Assembly: GCF_000092105.1 (NCBI RefSeq)
Contig: NC_014148.1
Coordinates: forward strand, 2,370,001-2,402,000
DNA from: Planctopirus limnophila DSM 3776
GTDB taxonomy: Bacteria > Planctomycetota > Planctomycetia > Planctomycetales > Planctomycetaceae
Direction: 5' to 3'
DNA length: 32,000 nt
The position numbers were made by a program, and so were the translations under genes. Positions 20,193 to 27,740 of this stretch are shown piece by piece. Position 1 is the stretch's first letter; every line of letters starts with the position of its first letter. The notes beneath the pieces are model-generated. The model was given only the letters and a program-made list of their open reading frames with translations, did not search any database and was not told where the DNA came from.

Positions 20193-20840
20193 ATGACTCT
20201 CCGTACTCTCACGACATTTGTGCTCTCACTAGCTGTCTCAACAATTGCAAATGCACAGACGTGGACTTCTCCAGATGGACTTCTAACCATCAATCCACCC
20301 GATGCCGGTCAATTCCAATTCATTCCTGAGCCCCCTCCTCCCTTGATTGGACTCTGGGTTTCCCACGACGAATCCATGAAATTTGGCGTCGTGAAAATCG
20401 ATATCCCGCCAAAAATCAAGCTCATTCAATCGTCAGTTGAAGAGGGGCTCGCGAAAGAGATTGATGGGAAGGTGACTCGATTGCCGACCAGAAGCGTATT
20501 GGGACATGAAGTCTGGAAGATGGTCGGCAAAGGTACCTCGGTCGAAATCACGCAGGCAGTCATTCGACATGATGGTGCGCTCTACAAATTGATGGCAGCA
20601 ACAGTTGGAAAGAACCCCGATCCAGCTACCGTGAATCGTTTTGTTGATTCGTTGTCCATCGTGCCACCGTCTCCAACGAATGCAGAAACAGCACCACAGC
20701 CAGACACTCTGCCCGTTGGAAATCTCGGCGGTGGTGTTGATCTCCACAAAGTATCGACGACTGTCGGTGGCGCAGGTGCTCTCCTGGCCATCGGACTGGT
20801 GATTTACTTTTTGACACGTGGCAACAAAACCCGCCAATAG
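20193..20840 (+). CDS. Hypothetical exported protein with a C-terminal membrane anchor
   Basis: The track ORF starts at ATG 20166. The ATG at 20193 yields a clean signal peptide (MTLRTLTTFVLSLAVSTIANAQ). A Pro-rich linker and a C-terminal TM helix (GGAGALLAIGLVIYFL) are followed by basic residues. No family recognised. Confidence 0.6.
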   Translation: MTLRTLTTFVLSLAVSTIANAQTWTSPDGLLTINPPDAGQFQFIPEPPPPLIGLWVSHDESMKFGVVKIDIPPKIKLIQSSVEEGLAKEIDGKVTRLPTRSVLGHEVWKMVGKGTSVEITQAVIRHDGALYKLMAATVGKNPDPATVNRFVDSLSIVPPSPTNAETAPQPDTLPVGNLGGGVDLHKVSTTVGGAGALLAIGLVIYFLTRGNKTRQ

Positions 20841-21022
20841 TAAAAAATCTGCGATAGACCTCAGTCGCAAATTGAGCAACAAGTGAAAAAGTTATGAGGT
20901 CGTTGAGGACGCCTAGCAGCATTCAACATGGAAAATTAAGACTTTTGAATTCTGCCACCCTTCCACTTCGTCAGATTCGGCGGCACTCATTATTCAGGGT
21001 CAATCCAAACGAACATGCAACA

Positions 21023-21040
21023 GGCAGGCCGGAGCCTGCC
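21023..21040 (-). terminator. GC-rich hairpin (GGCAGGC-NNNN-GCCTGCC) between convergent genes; possible intrinsic terminator for the glycerate kinase gene
   Basis: 7-bp perfect stem with a 4-nt loop. On the minus strand it is followed by TGTTGCATGTTCGTTTGGATT, which is T-rich but not a clean U-tract. Confidence 0.35.
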
Positions 21041-21050
21041 CTACCAAGTT

Positions 21051-21076
21051 GGTGCATTCCGAAGACTCCATGCACC
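21051..21076 (-). terminator. Second hairpin (GGTGCAT-12 nt-ATGCACC) immediately after the glycerate kinase stop codon
   Basis: 7-bp perfect stem with a 12-nt loop, abutting the stop codon at 21077-21079. No U-tract, so it may be a stabilising 3' structure rather than a terminator. Confidence 0.25.
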
Positions 21077-22447
21077 CTACGGGAGAGGTAAGCGTAGGCC
21101 CACTCTGAGGTCCATGACGTTGGTGTGGGTGGGCCCGGTGATCAGGAGGCCGCCGGTGGATTCGAAGAATGGCCAGGCGTTTTGAACTTCGAGGAATTCG
21201 CACGGATCCAGCCCAATTTCCCGGGCTTTGCGCAAGATGGCACCACTCGCGATCGCACCGGCACAGGTAGTAGGGCCGTCTTCGCCATCGGTGCCGCCGC
21301 TGAGCAGAAGCATGCGCTCTGCCTGATCAGCATCCCAGTGTTGCCATTCACAAACTGCAGCCAAGGCCACCTGCTGATTGCGGCCCCCTTTTCTTGGCCC
21401 GTCGTAAGGAACAAGTTTCACTGTGGGCTCACCGCCAGAGATCCAGCAAAGCGGTTCACGACAGGGTTCATCGGCAATCGCATGAGCGAGGTCTGTCCCG
21501 ACCTCATTGGCTGTCCGACCCACATCACTCACGGCAATCCGAATGGTATAGCCTCTTGCCTGGGCCTCCTGGACAGCCGCCTGAACGGCCTGATGATTGC
21601 TTGCCAGCAGATGGTGCGAAATCTCCGCACGAACTGGCGGCAGCGTCAATTGAGCAGTTCCCGCAAGCGCATTCCAGACTTCGGGAGCCACTTCATGATG
21701 TTCAGCAAATGCAGCCAGAGTCTCCAGGGCGGCTTGTTGTTGGATCGACACAAATTCATCGGGTGTCGGCAGGAGCGGGCCAGAAGCAATGAGATCCAGT
21801 GGATTGCCGATGACATCGGAAATAACGAGCACATGAGTGCGCGAGGGGCCCAGCGCGCGGGCCAGGCCACCACCTTTGACATTCGATATGTTTCTTCGAA
21901 CCAGATTGAGCTGTTCAATCGATGCACCGCGAGTCGACAACAGACGGATCACGCGCTGCTTCTGCTCTAAGGTGATTGGTGGCCTGGGCAAGGGGAGCAA
22001 GGCACTGCCTCCGCCGGAAAGGAGCACCAGCACCAGATCATCTGCGGTCGTTGTCGCAGCCAGTTCAAGGATTTCTCGCGTGGAAGCGACGCCTATTTCT
22101 GTCGGTTCGTTGACACCAGCAGGGCGGGCTCCCACCAGATGAATGCGGCGTGTGGGCACCACGCAATCTTCGGGGACATTCACTTGACCAACAACCAGTC
22201 GATCTGTGATTTCTTCACCCAGAGTTGCTTCCAAGGCCAACGCCATCGCAGCGCCCGCTTTGCCAGCCCCCAGAACCACAATGCGGCGCAGGCTTGCCAA
22301 TGGTCGAACTTCGCCACCAACGATGATGCTCTCATTCTCAATATGAACGAAACGCGGAAGAAGTTCGCCTGGCATGGCTGCCTGCACACCAGCCCACCAG
22401 ATGGCCTGAGCATCCTCGGTGAGTCTGTGAATCGCGGCTTCGTCCAT
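21077..22447 (-). CDS. Glycerate 2-kinase / hydroxypyruvate reductase-like protein (DUF4147 + MOFRL family)
   Basis: Family motifs: VVLGAGKAGAAMA, LVLLSGGGSALLPLP, WISGGEPTVKL...GGRNQQVALAA and LLSGGTDGEDGPT, ending in TGPTHTNVMDLRV. ATG at 22447 preceded by AGGTGA. Confidence 0.88.
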   Translation of the reverse strand: MDEAAIHRLTEDAQAIWWAGVQAAMPGELLPRFVHIENESIIVGGEVRPLASLRRIVVLGAGKAGAAMALALEATLGEEITDRLVVGQVNVPEDCVVPTRRIHLVGARPAGVNEPTEIGVASTREILELAATTTADDLVLVLLSGGGSALLPLPRPPITLEQKQRVIRLLSTRGASIEQLNLVRRNISNVKGGGLARALGPSRTHVLVISDVIGNPLDLIASGPLLPTPDEFVSIQQQAALETLAAFAEHHEVAPEVWNALAGTAQLTLPPVRAEISHHLLASNHQAVQAAVQEAQARGYTIRIAVSDVGRTANEVGTDLAHAIADEPCREPLCWISGGEPTVKLVPYDGPRKGGRNQQVALAAVCEWQHWDADQAERMLLLSGGTDGEDGPTTCAGAIASGAILRKAREIGLDPCEFLEVQNAWPFFESTGGLLITGPTHTNVMDLRVGLRLPLP

Positions 22448-22668
22448 GGATCACCTGAAAGGAATGAATTGATGCTGGAGAGGAGGTGGCAGCTTCTCAA
22501 ATTGGACGGGGTCTGACAACTTGGGGCTGATACGCATCTCGGAAATCAATAGCGAATTGAACGTCTGCAAGGGATGCTTGCTCCGAGCCGCAAGTATGGC
22601 ACACAGATATACGTTAAATGTGAAGTTAGCAGGCGAAAAGACCACGCCCTTACGCAAAGCCTTCAGGG

Positions 22669-22696
22669 TCGTGCCACCCAGATTTCGTGCCACCCA
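22669..22696. repeat. Direct repeat of the 12-mer TCGTGCCACCCA (two copies, 16-nt period)
   Basis: Copies at 22669-22680 and 22685-22696. They lie in the 314-nt gap between the last gene of the MotA-like operon and the glycerate kinase gene. Confidence 0.5.
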
Positions 22697-22761
22697 ATAG
22701 CGATCTGAGGCCAATGAGAGGGTTCAGCAAACGAACTTAACAAACAAACTCGGAAAGAGCG

Positions 22762-23961
22762 TCATTGAGCCGATGATCGCGTGCCGTGGGGAGAGCCGGC
22801 AATCGGCACGCCTTTGGGAAGCGGGCGAGCGGCCACGAGAAATCCCTGCTCATGGACGAACTTTCGAATCCGCTGGAACTCACTGAAACTGTCGGGGTAG
22901 ACCCAGAACGTGAGTGTGGCATCTTCGGGAGTCGTCAGTAAAGAACGGTAGAACCGGGAACCGGTCTGCATGGCTTCTTCGACCGATTCTGTCTGCAGAT
23001 CGCGCGCAGGTTGAATCAGCCACTGAGTCACACTGATACTCACCAGGCCGGGCCCCATCTCCAGTTCACTGAGAACTCCACCATTCTCACGCTGCACGGT
23101 GTAACGCATGAGAAAGCCACCGACCGGCCCCACTTCTCCTTGAGCTTTTGGCGTTTTAATCAACCAGTCTTTGCGACTTTCAATCTGCCGCTTGACCTGT
23201 TCGACCAGCGCATCAATCGGAACCTCGGCTACTCTGCCTCGTTCAAAACGAAAGTGTCGCTCGCTCCCTTTAACCACACGCCCGACGGGAGTCACGCGAT
23301 GTTCAATCTTCTCGACATTTGGAGGAGCGAAATCGGTCTCAATCACCCTGGCTCTCAAAGTGGCCAGTTTCTGTCGCGCTGCCAGAAGCTGTTCATGCGC
23401 CTGAGTCAGTCGATCCTGTTTGGCGCGGAGCAGTTCGCGTCCCGCCTGGAGTTCCGAAGCCATCACTCTGGCCTGTGATTGAGCACGCAGCAGCGACTGT
23501 TCCTGCTCGGCAACCTGTGCTGTCAGGCTCTCGATTTCCGTTTCCAGCCCAGTTGTACTGAGAGCTGCCTGCTCGGCTTCTTCGCGCAAAGCTTGATTGG
23601 GACTGAGCGAAATGATTTTGACGGGGCGAGCGGCTTCGACAACGAGCTTTTCCGCCGGAATTTCTTTGGGTGGAATTTCGACAGGTGGAGCATCTGGCTT
23701 CAAATCAACAGAAACAGGTTCATCAGTGGGGAGTTCGCCCAGTGGCTGTATGGGTTCACTGACGGTGAGGGCAGGGGCTGTATGGTCGGTAGCTGTCGCC
23801 ATAACGGGATTATCAGAAGATTTGGTAACAACCGGCATGCGTGAGACTTTGAGTCCCGCCAGGACAATCAGGATTACGAGAATCCCGACGATGTTGGCAA
23901 TCACATCGAGAAATGAATCGGAACCAAACTCGGCTTCTTTCGGGGCGGGACGCTGGCTCAT
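22762..23961 (-). CDS. ExbD/TolR-like single-pass protein with Pro-rich spacer and coiled coil (B2 subunit candidate; retains the membrane Asp)
   Basis: 399 aa. The ATG (23961-23959) overlaps the upstream gene's TGA by 4 nt (ATGA). The N-terminal anchor SFLDVIANIVGILVILIVLAG carries Asp19 (GAT, nt 23905-23907) at the position of the ExbD/TolR/MotB proton-relay Asp. Pro-rich region at aa ~65-105. Heptad-rich helix at aa ~122-207. The C-terminal segment ATLTFWVYPDSFSEFQRIRKFVHEQGFLVAARPL resembles the end of the ExbD periplasmic domain. Confidence 0.75.
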   Translation of the reverse strand: MSQRPAPKEAEFGSDSFLDVIANIVGILVILIVLAGLKVSRMPVVTKSSDNPVMATATDHTAPALTVSEPIQPLGELPTDEPVSVDLKPDAPPVEIPPKEIPAEKLVVEAARPVKIISLSPNQALREEAEQAALSTTGLETEIESLTAQVAEQEQSLLRAQSQARVMASELQAGRELLRAKQDRLTQAHEQLLAARQKLATLRARVIETDFAPPNVEKIEHRVTPVGRVVKGSERHFRFERGRVAEVPIDALVEQVKRQIESRKDWLIKTPKAQGEVGPVGGFLMRYTVQRENGGVLSELEMGPGLVSISVTQWLIQPARDLQTESVEEAMQTGSRFYRSLLTTPEDATLTFWVYPDSFSEFQRIRKFVHEQGFLVAARPLPKGVPIAGSPHGTRSSAQ

Positions 23962-26162
23962 GGAGTCCCTTTGGCTGATGGAGGCGTACTAAGAATGAAC
24001 TCACGACTGGTCTTCAGACCGGCGCGATTGATGGAGGGATTGAGTCGTTCGTAATGCTGGATGCCCCCCGGGCCCACCTGGAACTGAATTTTTGGAACCC
24101 AGTAAAAGCCCTTGGGTGGACGCCCCCAGTCGCGAGCGAGTTCATCGACGGCGAGCAGCAGCATTCGCAGAGTGTCGGTCTTGCTTTCACCTGCTCCCAC
24201 TCGAATGAGAAATTTGTCATCCACCACGAGACGATCAGCAGACACCACGACGTTGAGAGGACGCTCCATGCCAATTGTGGCGGAAAGATCCGAGACTCCC
24301 CAGCGGCGACGCTGCAAATTTTCGACTGGCATTCCGCGTGCCCGTCGCCTGTTATCTTCTGATTCTCCAAACTGCTGGAGTGGCGAGCTGACATCTTCGG
24401 GTCGGATTTCCTGCGGGCCATCCTTCTTCTTCGAACCTTCAGTACTGTTCAACAGCCTGGCAAAATCTTCATCAGCCTCTTCAATCGCTTTTTCCCGTTG
24501 AGTGATTTCTTCGTCAAGACTGGCAACTGATGAACCACCCTGTTTCTGTGTGCGGAATTGTTGCCCGCCAAACTTCTCGACTTTCTGCCAGCTTTCTTCA
24601 CCAACAGGAACATCGGTAAAGCCTTCAGACCTTTTGGCTGTGCTCGACTGAGCCCCGGGCTTTGCAGGAATTGCACGACTGTCATGACCTGGTTTCGCTG
24701 GCGTATTTGCAGGGTGCTGCGCTGCTGCCGATGAAGATGCTTCCGTGAGTTTTTCTGCCTCTGCAAATTCTCCGGGAGATGTGCCGTTCATCGGTTCACC
24801 CGGACGACCTGGAGAGCCTGCTGGAACATTCGTGGTGACCGCGTTGTTACCAGAGTTTGGCCCTCGTGAGAATTGATGAGAACCCGTCGTTCCCAGTGAT
24901 GGATCGAGGTGCGCGCCCGAGCCACCACGTCCCGGGCGTGGATCAATGCTGCCAATGGCACGACCAGTCGCTGCGGCTGAATGCTGACGCGATGCACCTG
25001 CGGGGACTTCTCGACCGCTCCCTGCGAACTCATCATCGGGAGCCACTGCGAACTCTCCACCGCTTTTTCCCATCGCCAATCCACCGGCGGCAGCCACCGC
25101 CTCTCGCTCCTTAATGAGCCCACGGACAGCCGCTTCACAAAGGCGTTTTGCTTCTTCATCGACAGTCGGCATGTGAAGTTCGGTTTCTTCACCAATCAGT
25201 TCGTAACCAAACGGTTGCCTCATGGTCGAAAGCATTTGCGATGCAGCGTAGTAAGCGACGGTTCCACTGGGCCGAATCAGGAGTAAGACATAAGGCTCGC
25301 CTAAGGGCTCATTCGGGAAGCGTTGCCGGTGTGGACTGGCCCAATAGCGGGTCAGAGCAGTTGCCCCAGCGAGAAGAGGATTGAACTTTTCATTGAAGCC
25401 CACCAGATCTCCTGCGGTGATCGTGACATCTTCGGGAACAAAACGCAGGCCTTGTGCATGACATTCGATAATGATGGGTCGCCTCGTCGTGCCGGTCTGG
25501 GCATCGAAGGGGACAATCATAAACTTGCTGCCGCCGGTGCCTGGTTGTGTGCTGAGACCTGCCAGACGACTCTCAAGAGTTCGAATCTGTTTGTTGACCA
25601 GTTCGATTTCAGCTTCGTCCGGTGTCTGTTGGAGGAGTTTCGCCTGCGAAAAGAGGTCATTCTGTTCTGCTTTCAGCCGAGCCAGTTCTGCTTCTGTTCG
25701 CTGACGGGCATTGAGAAGGTGCTCCAGTTGTTCCTGCCGGTTGGTTGCAGTTCTGGAGAGCTGCTGCTCCTGAGACCGCAGCTCTTGAATTCGACTCTGA
25801 AGCTGATCGATGCGTGTGCGATCAATCACCACTTCCGGCTCAGGGGGAACAGGATCGACTGGTTTCAGCTCAATGGATTGACTTGCCAACAGGGGAACTG
25901 GAGCAGTGGCGGGTTCCGTTGAAACGGGAGGTGGCACTTGCTGCTGTGGTGGCGCAATCGATTCCGCTGGAAGACTCAAGACTGGCTTATGTTCGGGAGG
26001 ATGGACTTGCTCGATGGCTGCAGCCGCGGCAATTGTTTTCTGGCGAATCATCCGCGTGGTCACGAGCAGCAGGAAAATGAGTGCGCCCATGGCGCAGACA
26101 AGAACCGCAAGGAACGGAAAGAGCTGTACTCCTTCGCCGGTTCTGGTTTGCCTTTTTGCCAT
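23958..26162 (-). CDS. Elongated ExbD/TolR-like single-pass protein with two ExbD-like domains, coiled coil and a long disordered region (B1 subunit candidate; Asp replaced by Ala)
   Basis: 734 aa. ATG at 26162 is preceded by GAGGTGAGG. The anchor PFLAVLVCAMGALIFLLLV aligns without gaps to the next gene's anchor but has Ala19 (GCG, nt 26106-26108). Pro-rich region at aa ~54-112. Coiled coil at aa ~113-203. ExbD-like segment 1 at aa ~212-323 (RPIIIECHAQGLRFVPEDVTI...PYVLLLIRPSGTVAYYAASQMLSTMRQPFGYELIGEE). Gly/Ser/Pro/Ala-rich low-complexity region at aa ~355-610. ExbD-like segment 2 at aa ~630-725 (PLNVVVSADRLVVDDKFLI...VPKIQFQVGPGGIQHYERLNPSINRAGL). Confidence 0.75.
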   Translation of the reverse strand: MAKRQTRTGEGVQLFPFLAVLVCAMGALIFLLLVTTRMIRQKTIAAAAAIEQVHPPEHKPVLSLPAESIAPPQQQVPPPVSTEPATAPVPLLASQSIELKPVDPVPPEPEVVIDRTRIDQLQSRIQELRSQEQQLSRTATNRQEQLEHLLNARQRTEAELARLKAEQNDLFSQAKLLQQTPDEAEIELVNKQIRTLESRLAGLSTQPGTGGSKFMIVPFDAQTGTTRRPIIIECHAQGLRFVPEDVTITAGDLVGFNEKFNPLLAGATALTRYWASPHRQRFPNEPLGEPYVLLLIRPSGTVAYYAASQMLSTMRQPFGYELIGEETELHMPTVDEEAKRLCEAAVRGLIKEREAVAAAGGLAMGKSGGEFAVAPDDEFAGSGREVPAGASRQHSAAATGRAIGSIDPRPGRGGSGAHLDPSLGTTGSHQFSRGPNSGNNAVTTNVPAGSPGRPGEPMNGTSPGEFAEAEKLTEASSSAAAQHPANTPAKPGHDSRAIPAKPGAQSSTAKRSEGFTDVPVGEESWQKVEKFGGQQFRTQKQGGSSVASLDEEITQREKAIEEADEDFARLLNSTEGSKKKDGPQEIRPEDVSSPLQQFGESEDNRRRARGMPVENLQRRRWGVSDLSATIGMERPLNVVVSADRLVVDDKFLIRVGAGESKTDTLRMLLLAVDELARDWGRPPKGFYWVPKIQFQVGPGGIQHYERLNPSINRAGLKTSREFILSTPPSAKGTP

Positions 26163-26221
26163 GCCTCACCTCATGAATCCACGGAATCAGTACTCTCTCG
26201 ATACCAGCAATCTCCCTTGCT

Positions 26222-27673
26222 TCACGCAGCGCGGTGATGTGCCCTTGCTGAGAGCAGGTGAACTGCCGCATTCAGATTGAGTAACGTTTCCTCAAGCGTT
26301 TGCGTCTGCCTCAGCGTGGCCAGATTCTCAGCGAGCAGACTTTCCGCCTGAATCAATTGCTGGCTGCTACCAACAAGACTGCTGATCTGAATTGTCTGTC
26401 GCTCGAGCGCTTCAGCCTGCGCTAATGAGTGAGTGCTGACATCCTGAAGAGATCCAGCCAAAGTACTGACATTCTGTTGGACGGCATCGATCGCTCCGGC
26501 CAGCGCGGAGGTAAATTGATGTTGGATGCTCGATTGAGCCTCGCTGGCCGACTTCCAGGACTGATGCATCAACTCCAATTGGCTGCGGACCGATTCTGCC
26601 AGTTGCTGCTGCATCAGGCATAGGTTTTCTGCAAATGAAGCCTGTAGGGCCTCGACTTCACGCCGGGATTCGGCCTGAGTCTGCTGCAGGAGTTGCTGCT
26701 GAGTCGAAAGAGCTTCATGCATGGCAGCACTTAAAGCACCAGCCAGACTGTGCCCCTGTTCGGTAGCCAGCAAGGCCCACTGTTCACGACATGTCGCGAC
26801 AGTATTGTTCCAGGCTTCCAGATGCTGACGGGTCAAGACATCGGCCTGATCCAGGAAGCGGCGGGCCACATCGTGTTCAGCAGCCAGCAGAGGTGAGACT
26901 TCGGAAGACTTTTCGGCTGGGAAGAATCCGAGCAGGCGATGGACGGTAAAGTCCTCAATCTGATCAAGGACATTCGATTCACCCCGCTCGATCGCAAACG
27001 TGGCAAAGACCAGAATCATCGACAGAGCCAGAGAGAGAGCGGTCGTATCAAAAGCAACTGCCAGACCTGAAGTGACTTCGTTGAGTGAACTCTCCAGTTG
27101 CTCGGGGGTCACGTTGGCAATGGCCATTGTGATCCCAATAACTGTCCCCAGAAAGCCCAGAATCGGAATTGCCCAGGTAATTGTGCGTAGTGCGGCGTAA
27201 CTGCTATGCAGTCGAGCGATCGCCGTATCTGCCAGATAACTCAGGTGTGATTCGAGATCAGCGGCAGTGTGCCTGGAAATCACATAGCCGCAAACAGTCT
27301 CAATGCGGCGAAAAAGTTCGGTCGACTGATATCGTCGGCCGGTCAGTTGGATGTGTTCTCGCAGGAGCTGAGCCACCACAGATGAATCTGATTGAGGGTC
27401 AAATTTAATCCCATCCAGAATATTTTCTGACAAGACTCCCCGTTCGGAGGGCCAGTTGAGTAATTTTCGCCCGAGAATCGCCAGGCCAATAAAAAATAGC
27501 GCTACAGTACAATGTTCAATCCAGTGAGAATTGAAGTAGCGATACTTAAAATTCTCATCGAGGGGGATCGATGGTAAAACAAGGTAAAAGGCAACTGCTG
27601 CCAAACCACCGATCACCCAGGAAAAATCGAGCTTTGATTTGTGCGCAACTATTTTTGCAGATTGATTTTGCAT
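26222..27673 (-). CDS. MotA/TolQ/ExbB-family proton-channel protein with ~255-aa C-terminal helical tail (A subunit candidate)
   Basis: 483 aa with an ATG at 27673. Four hydrophobic helices, with a ~90-aa loop between TM2 and TM3. TM3/TM4 carry the PF01618-type signature (WAIPILGFLGTVIGITMAI ... GLAVAFDTTALSLALSMILVF, nt ~26990-27187), including the conserved Thr positions. Residues ~229-483 are Q/L/A/S/E-rich with heptad-like spacing. Confidence 0.85.
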   Translation of the reverse strand: MQNQSAKIVAHKSKLDFSWVIGGLAAVAFYLVLPSIPLDENFKYRYFNSHWIEHCTVALFFIGLAILGRKLLNWPSERGVLSENILDGIKFDPQSDSSVVAQLLREHIQLTGRRYQSTELFRRIETVCGYVISRHTAADLESHLSYLADTAIARLHSSYAALRTITWAIPILGFLGTVIGITMAIANVTPEQLESSLNEVTSGLAVAFDTTALSLALSMILVFATFAIERGESNVLDQIEDFTVHRLLGFFPAEKSSEVSPLLAAEHDVARRFLDQADVLTRQHLEAWNNTVATCREQWALLATEQGHSLAGALSAAMHEALSTQQQLLQQTQAESRREVEALQASFAENLCLMQQQLAESVRSQLELMHQSWKSASEAQSSIQHQFTSALAGAIDAVQQNVSTLAGSLQDVSTHSLAQAEALERQTIQISSLVGSSQQLIQAESLLAENLATLRQTQTLEETLLNLNAAVHLLSARAHHRAA

Positions 27674-27740
27674 CTAATTTTTCATCCTGCAGTTTTGACC
27701 GGGAGTGACGTGAGTAAAATCGACTCACTCATCAAGTCGT

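Noticed and set aside
17738-20293. Long antisense ORFs inside purL (17738..18463, 18599..19477 and 19499..20293, all minus strand, 241-292 aa)
   Set aside because: They lie entirely (or, for the last one, mostly) opposite a gene with unmistakable PurL motifs. Their translations are Arg/Ser/His/Cys-rich with no recognisable motifs. They look like typical shadow ORFs of a GC-biased coding frame.
20841-21076. Possible tRNA or small RNA in the 236-nt convergent intergenic region
   Set aside because: No T-loop (GTTCRANYC) or cloverleaf arrangement is seen on either strand. The two hairpins are better explained as 3'-end or terminator structures.
21125-21970. 281-aa plus-strand ORF antisense to the glycerate kinase gene
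   Set aside because: It is a shadow ORF opposite a motif-verified gene. Its composition is low-complexity and Arg/Ser-rich, and it has no start context.
22451-22714. 87-aa minus-strand ORF filling the gap between the motor-like operon and the glycerate kinase gene
   Set aside because: It has a TTG start with no visible Shine-Dalgarno sequence, and its sequence has no motif or hydrophobic pattern. I treat it as intergenic, although a small protein cannot be excluded without expression data.
22762-27673. Calling the operon a canonical Zorya, MotAB, ExbBD-TonB or TolQRA system
   Set aside because: Neither B-type protein has an OmpA-like or peptidoglycan-binding motif, which argues against MotB and ZorB. 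No ZorC/D/E-like genes, TonB, TolA, TolB, Pal or TonB-dependent receptor genes, and no flagellar or gliding genes, are present in the window. The subunit lengths and coiled-coil inserts do not match the described families. It is therefore reported as an unclassified relative only.
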